Assembly: GCA_965208675.1 (NCBI GenBank)
Contig: OZ242351.1
Span: 192,001 to 256,000 of the forward strand
Source of the DNA: Candidatus Poribacteria bacterium
GTDB taxonomy: Bacteria; Poribacteria; WGA-4E; PCPOR2b
DNA: 64,000 bases
Direction of reading: 5' to 3'
The notes under the pieces are model-generated. The model saw nothing but the letters and a program-made list of their open reading frames with translations. It was not told the DNA's origin and made no database searches. A program made the position numbers and the translations under genes. This document shows, one piece after another, positions 60,874 through 64,000 of the stretch; the stretch's first letter is position 1, and each line of letters opens with the position of its first letter.

Positions 60874-63135
60874 ATGGTTATGCACGGGACAGCGCAAAAA
60901 AACCCTCGATTTTCAGATAAACAATTCGCAATAACACTCTCGGCAATTTTCTTGGTTGCCGGTGCAGTCGTCGCATGGAATCATGAGATGTGGCGGGATG
61001 AGATGCAAGCCTGGTTGATTGCGCGGGATGCGCCGTCCGTGTTTGAGCTTTTCAATATTCTAAAAAGATATGAAGGGCATCCCAGCGTATGGCACCTCGG
61101 GCTTTATGTGCTCCAGTTCTTCACCAGCTCGCCGATAATTATGCAGCCCTACCATCTGCTGATCGCCGCAACGACAATCTTTGTGTTTGCGAGGTACTCA
61201 CCCTTCACGCGCCTGCAAAAGACACTCTTCGCGTTCGGCTATTTTCCCTTCTATGAGTACGCCATCATCTGTAGAAATTACGCAATCGGCATATTGCTGC
61301 TGTGTCTCTTCTGCACACTCTTCACCCGCTGGAAGAAAAAATTTCCGCTTGTCGCCTTAATTCTTTTTGTGCTCGCGCACACGAGCGTTCACGCCCTGAT
61401 CATCGTCATATCCATCGCGCTGCTCTTATTCTTGGAATTACTCGTTAACTCGGACCGTCCGAATCGATTGCACATCGGCATCGGCTTTGCATTGATTCTT
61501 ACTGGAATTATCACCGCCATCTACCAGATCGCGCCTGCAGCGGACCAAGGCACGCGCCCCGGATGGACGACCAATTTCGACTTGCATCACCTGCAGAACA
61601 CCGTAAATTTAATTCCAAGGGCTTTTTTCGCTATACCCCGCTCTATGATGCATTTTTGGAACACCAATTTTTTAGATCCAATCCCTTCATCGGCGCAGGT
61701 AAAACTTGTCCTGACGGCGCTCACCCTGCTTTACGTCACTATTTTGTTGCTCCGAAAGCCGACGGTGCTGATGATGTATCTTTGCGGGACGACCGGACTG
61801 TTGGCGTTCTTTTATGCCAAATATTTCGGCTCGGTGCGGCATCACGGCTTCCTTTTTATGCTGTTCATCGCTGCCGTATGGATATCGCATTATAGCTACG
61901 AATCCAAAAGGCTGCCGAGTGCATTGAAGACGACCAGTTGGGGGTTGGCGAAGGCGTTCAATATTATATTCGTGTGCATCCTCATCGTTCATTGCGTTGG
62001 CGGCGTTACTGCAGCCAGGCTTGAGTTAATCTATCCCTTCTCCAACGGCAAGGCTGTCGCCGAATTCATCATAGATGAAGAGCTGGATGACATGTTAATC
62101 GCGGGCGTCGCTCCGGACGATCTGACACTGGAAGTTCTCGGATATCTGGAGAAGGACGAGTTTTACTATCCCCGCAGCGAGCGGTTTGGTTCTTTTGGCG
62201 TCTGGGACATGGCATGGCGGAACGGGAGAAGCCTGCAAATCGGCGATGTGTTGCGAAGAGTTCAGCAGTTAGCGGATGAAAGGAGAGAGGATATCTTACT
62301 CGTCTCGGCGCGTCCGTTGCCCGAAGACATGCAGCGCAGTATTCCGAAAGTTGCGGCGCCCGTGGATATTGGTAGAGCTGAAGCATCCCACTATTTCGTA
62401 GGAGCCATAGATGAAGTCTTCATCGCACAACGGGTGCTCTCACAGGAGGAAATCGACGCCCACTATAACGGGGGTATAGCCGCCATTGGAGCGGCAAAAC
62501 CGGAGGTCATTCTGGCGATGCCATTTGAAGAAGGCGAGGGGGCAGTAACCAAAGACCACTCGCCGCACGGCAATCGCGGCGCACTGCATGGAGGTGCGAA
62601 CTGGAGCAAAGGCAAGTTTGGCGGCGCACTCACCTTGGATGGGACCGCTTGGGTGGAAATCGGAAACAACCCGCAGCTAGAGTTAAATCACACAGATTTT
62701 ACGATTGCGCTGTGGGCGTACTTTGCGTCGAATGGCGTGCACGGACTAATCGGAAAGTCTGAAGGCCCCGGTGAACGGAATAAATGGTGGCTCATGAACC
62801 GGCCTTCGGCGTCGCCGGGCGGCGAGATTTCGTTTCACCTCAATTGGCCCCACAGGACGGGACTCTGGATTGGAACACCCCGGCGTGGCGAGATTAACCG
62901 ATGGCATCAGATTGTGCTCGTCAAGAGCGGTAACAAGTACAACTTCTATGTCGATGGTCAACTGATTGCCGCTGTTCCGGACCCCTTGGTACATATGCCG
63001 CCTCCGGGATATAAACTCACGCAAATCAAACGGTTCGCCCCAGCGGTAATCGGCGGTGAGGTGCCGCAATACTGCGTGTACCGATTGTCGTTACCCGCTA
63101 GACCAGAGAATCAAAAGGTAGGCGAGGGCGAATAA
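60874..63135 (+). CDS. Multi-pass membrane protein (GT-C-like) with inserted LamG-like domain
   Basis: HEMWRDEMQAW, YEGHP, YEYAIICRNY, many hydrophobic segments; C-terminal LamG motifs (FEEGEG, GKFGGAL..DG, FTIALW, WHQIV, YVDG, IDEV). Confidence 0.8.
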   Translation: MVMHGTAQKNPRFSDKQFAITLSAIFLVAGAVVAWNHEMWRDEMQAWLIARDAPSVFELFNILKRYEGHPSVWHLGLYVLQFFTSSPIIMQPYHLLIAATTIFVFARYSPFTRLQKTLFAFGYFPFYEYAIICRNYAIGILLLCLFCTLFTRWKKKFPLVALILFVLAHTSVHALIIVISIALLLFLELLVNSDRPNRLHIGIGFALILTGIITAIYQIAPAADQGTRPGWTTNFDLHHLQNTVNLIPRAFFAIPRSMMHFWNTNFLDPIPSSAQVKLVLTALTLLYVTILLLRKPTVLMMYLCGTTGLLAFFYAKYFGSVRHHGFLFMLFIAAVWISHYSYESKRLPSALKTTSWGLAKAFNIIFVCILIVHCVGGVTAARLELIYPFSNGKAVAEFIIDEELDDMLIAGVAPDDLTLEVLGYLEKDEFYYPRSERFGSFGVWDMAWRNGRSLQIGDVLRRVQQLADERREDILLVSARPLPEDMQRSIPKVAAPVDIGRAEASHYFVGAIDEVFIAQRVLSQEEIDAHYNGGIAAIGAAKPEVILAMPFEEGEGAVTKDHSPHGNRGALHGGANWSKGKFGGALTLDGTAWVEIGNNPQLELNHTDFTIALWAYFASNGVHGLIGKSEGPGERNKWWLMNRPSASPGGEISFHLNWPHRTGLWIGTPRRGEINRWHQIVLVKSGNKYNFYVDGQLIAAVPDPLVHMPPPGYKLTQIKRFAPAVIGGEVPQYCVYRLSLPARPENQKVGEGE

Positions 63136-63158
63136 TTGAATCGGAAGAAGGGAGTTTC

Positions 63159-63228
63159 GGTAGGTGCGGTTTCCGACTGCACCGACGGACTGGGTACATA
63201 GTGTTCGGTTGGGAAACTGCACCAACCG
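63159..63228. repeat. Inverted pair of GTAG-type REP-like palindromes
   Basis: GTAGGTGCGGTTTCCGACTGCACC and inverted TCGGTTGGGAAACTGCACCAACC between convergent genes. Confidence 0.6.
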
Positions 63229-63301
63229 CAGCGCGCAAAAAATTGTGGGATTTACTAGAGGGAATATTTGAATTGGCGGGGAGAACGTTGGCGGGTGTCG
63301 T

Positions 63302-63589
63302 TTACTTTCGGAATCGAATCTCGCCGTGAACTTCGACGGAGTCCACGATTGCCATGATGACCGCGTCAACCGGTTTGTCTTGGGTGGTGTTTGTCTGACG
63401 CGCAGAGCTGCCGGCAGCGGTAAGAACCGTTTCGCCGATGCCAGCGCCAACCGCATCAACAGCTACAGTATACCGGCTGAGTAAATTGCCGTCAAGATTC
63501 GACTCTTGGACAATCAATAACTTGCTGCCGACTAATTTCTCATCTTTTCGCGTCGCAACCACCGTACCCACGACTTTGCCGAGCGTCAT
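63302..63589 (-). CDS. Bacterial microcompartment vertex protein, EutN/CcmL family
   Basis: LGKVVGTVVATRK..KLLIVQ..AVDAVGAGIGE..GSSAR..PVDAVIMAIVD. Confidence 0.93.
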   Translation of the reverse strand: MTLGKVVGTVVATRKDEKLVGSKLLIVQESNLDGNLLSRYTVAVDAVGAGIGETVLTAAGSSARQTNTTQDKPVDAVIMAIVDSVEVHGEIRFRK

Positions 63590-63836
63590 CCGAAAGATTC
63601 CTTTACCGCTAGTTGATACCGTCCGCAGATTTTTAAGGCAATTTTACTTGAGTATGTTAAACTCATTTAGCCCAAAAGTCAAGTTTTATTATCGCTTTGC
63701 TATTTGCTATATAACCCAATTTCCGCTGCGCAATTTGCATCCCACTTGCTGCCAAAAGTGGGTTGCGGTTAACGCTTGAAAACATAGGTTTACGTATAAT
63801 TTCGCACCAAAAAACTTTACGTCAATAGGAGTCCTT

Positions 63837-64000
63837 ATGCAAAAAATTTTAGGCGTCATTTGTGGAATGTTAATATTTTTGATTGCACTGACAAGTTGGG
63901 GCGATGTTCACGGTAAATTCAAAGTGGCGTTGCTCACACCGGGATCCATCAGCGACGCCGGGTGGAATGCGCTCGCGTACGACGGCCTCAAATTAATTGA
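63837..64000 (+). CDS. BMP-family (basic membrane protein) substrate-binding protein, partial
   Basis: AGGAG RBS; MQKILGVICG..FKVALLTPGSISDAGWNALAYDGL. Confidence 0.75.
   Translation, partial: MQKILGVICGMLIFLIALTSWGDVHGKFKVALLTPGSISDAGWNALAYDGLKLI

Overview
Bacterial chromosomal window, mostly housekeeping and uncharacterised genes. It looks like Candidatus Poribacteria (inference from HEAT/TPR, PhyH, LamG, vWA and EutN content; not proven). It has two anti-phage defence loci. Left locus (1-8932, minus strand, behind the rpmA terminator): an unknown protein with a HEPN-like RxxxxH motif followed by an attC-like site, a SNF2 helicase-DUF3883 nuclease, an OLD-type ATPase-TOPRIM nuclease, a small DUF2281-like ORF and a DUF1156 adenine methyltransferase that runs off the window. 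Right island (~44.6-60.7 kb): an Avs2-like STAND NTPase with an N-terminal nuclease, a methyltransferase relic, a diverged second copy of the 3' ~440 bp of the upstream SLBB/Wza gene, a type I R-M operon whose hsdM has an in-frame TGA, and an intact-looking SIR2-APAZ plus short prokaryotic Argonaute (SPARSA-type) pair. The core region has rplU/rpmA, RNase E/G, a REC-PglZ (PorX-like) two-component system, HEAT-TPR proteins, a DRG-like GTPase, Lhr, tRNA-Ala(GGC), a frameshifted trmB, acnA, several REP/MITE-like repeats and an orphan eutN. Other oddities: a circularly permuted LamG domain inside a membrane protein, a DNase I-fold lipoprotein with both catalytic His replaced by Arg, and two PhyH-type oxygenases lacking the HxD carboxylate. 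All family calls come from motif recognition by eye; no searches were run.
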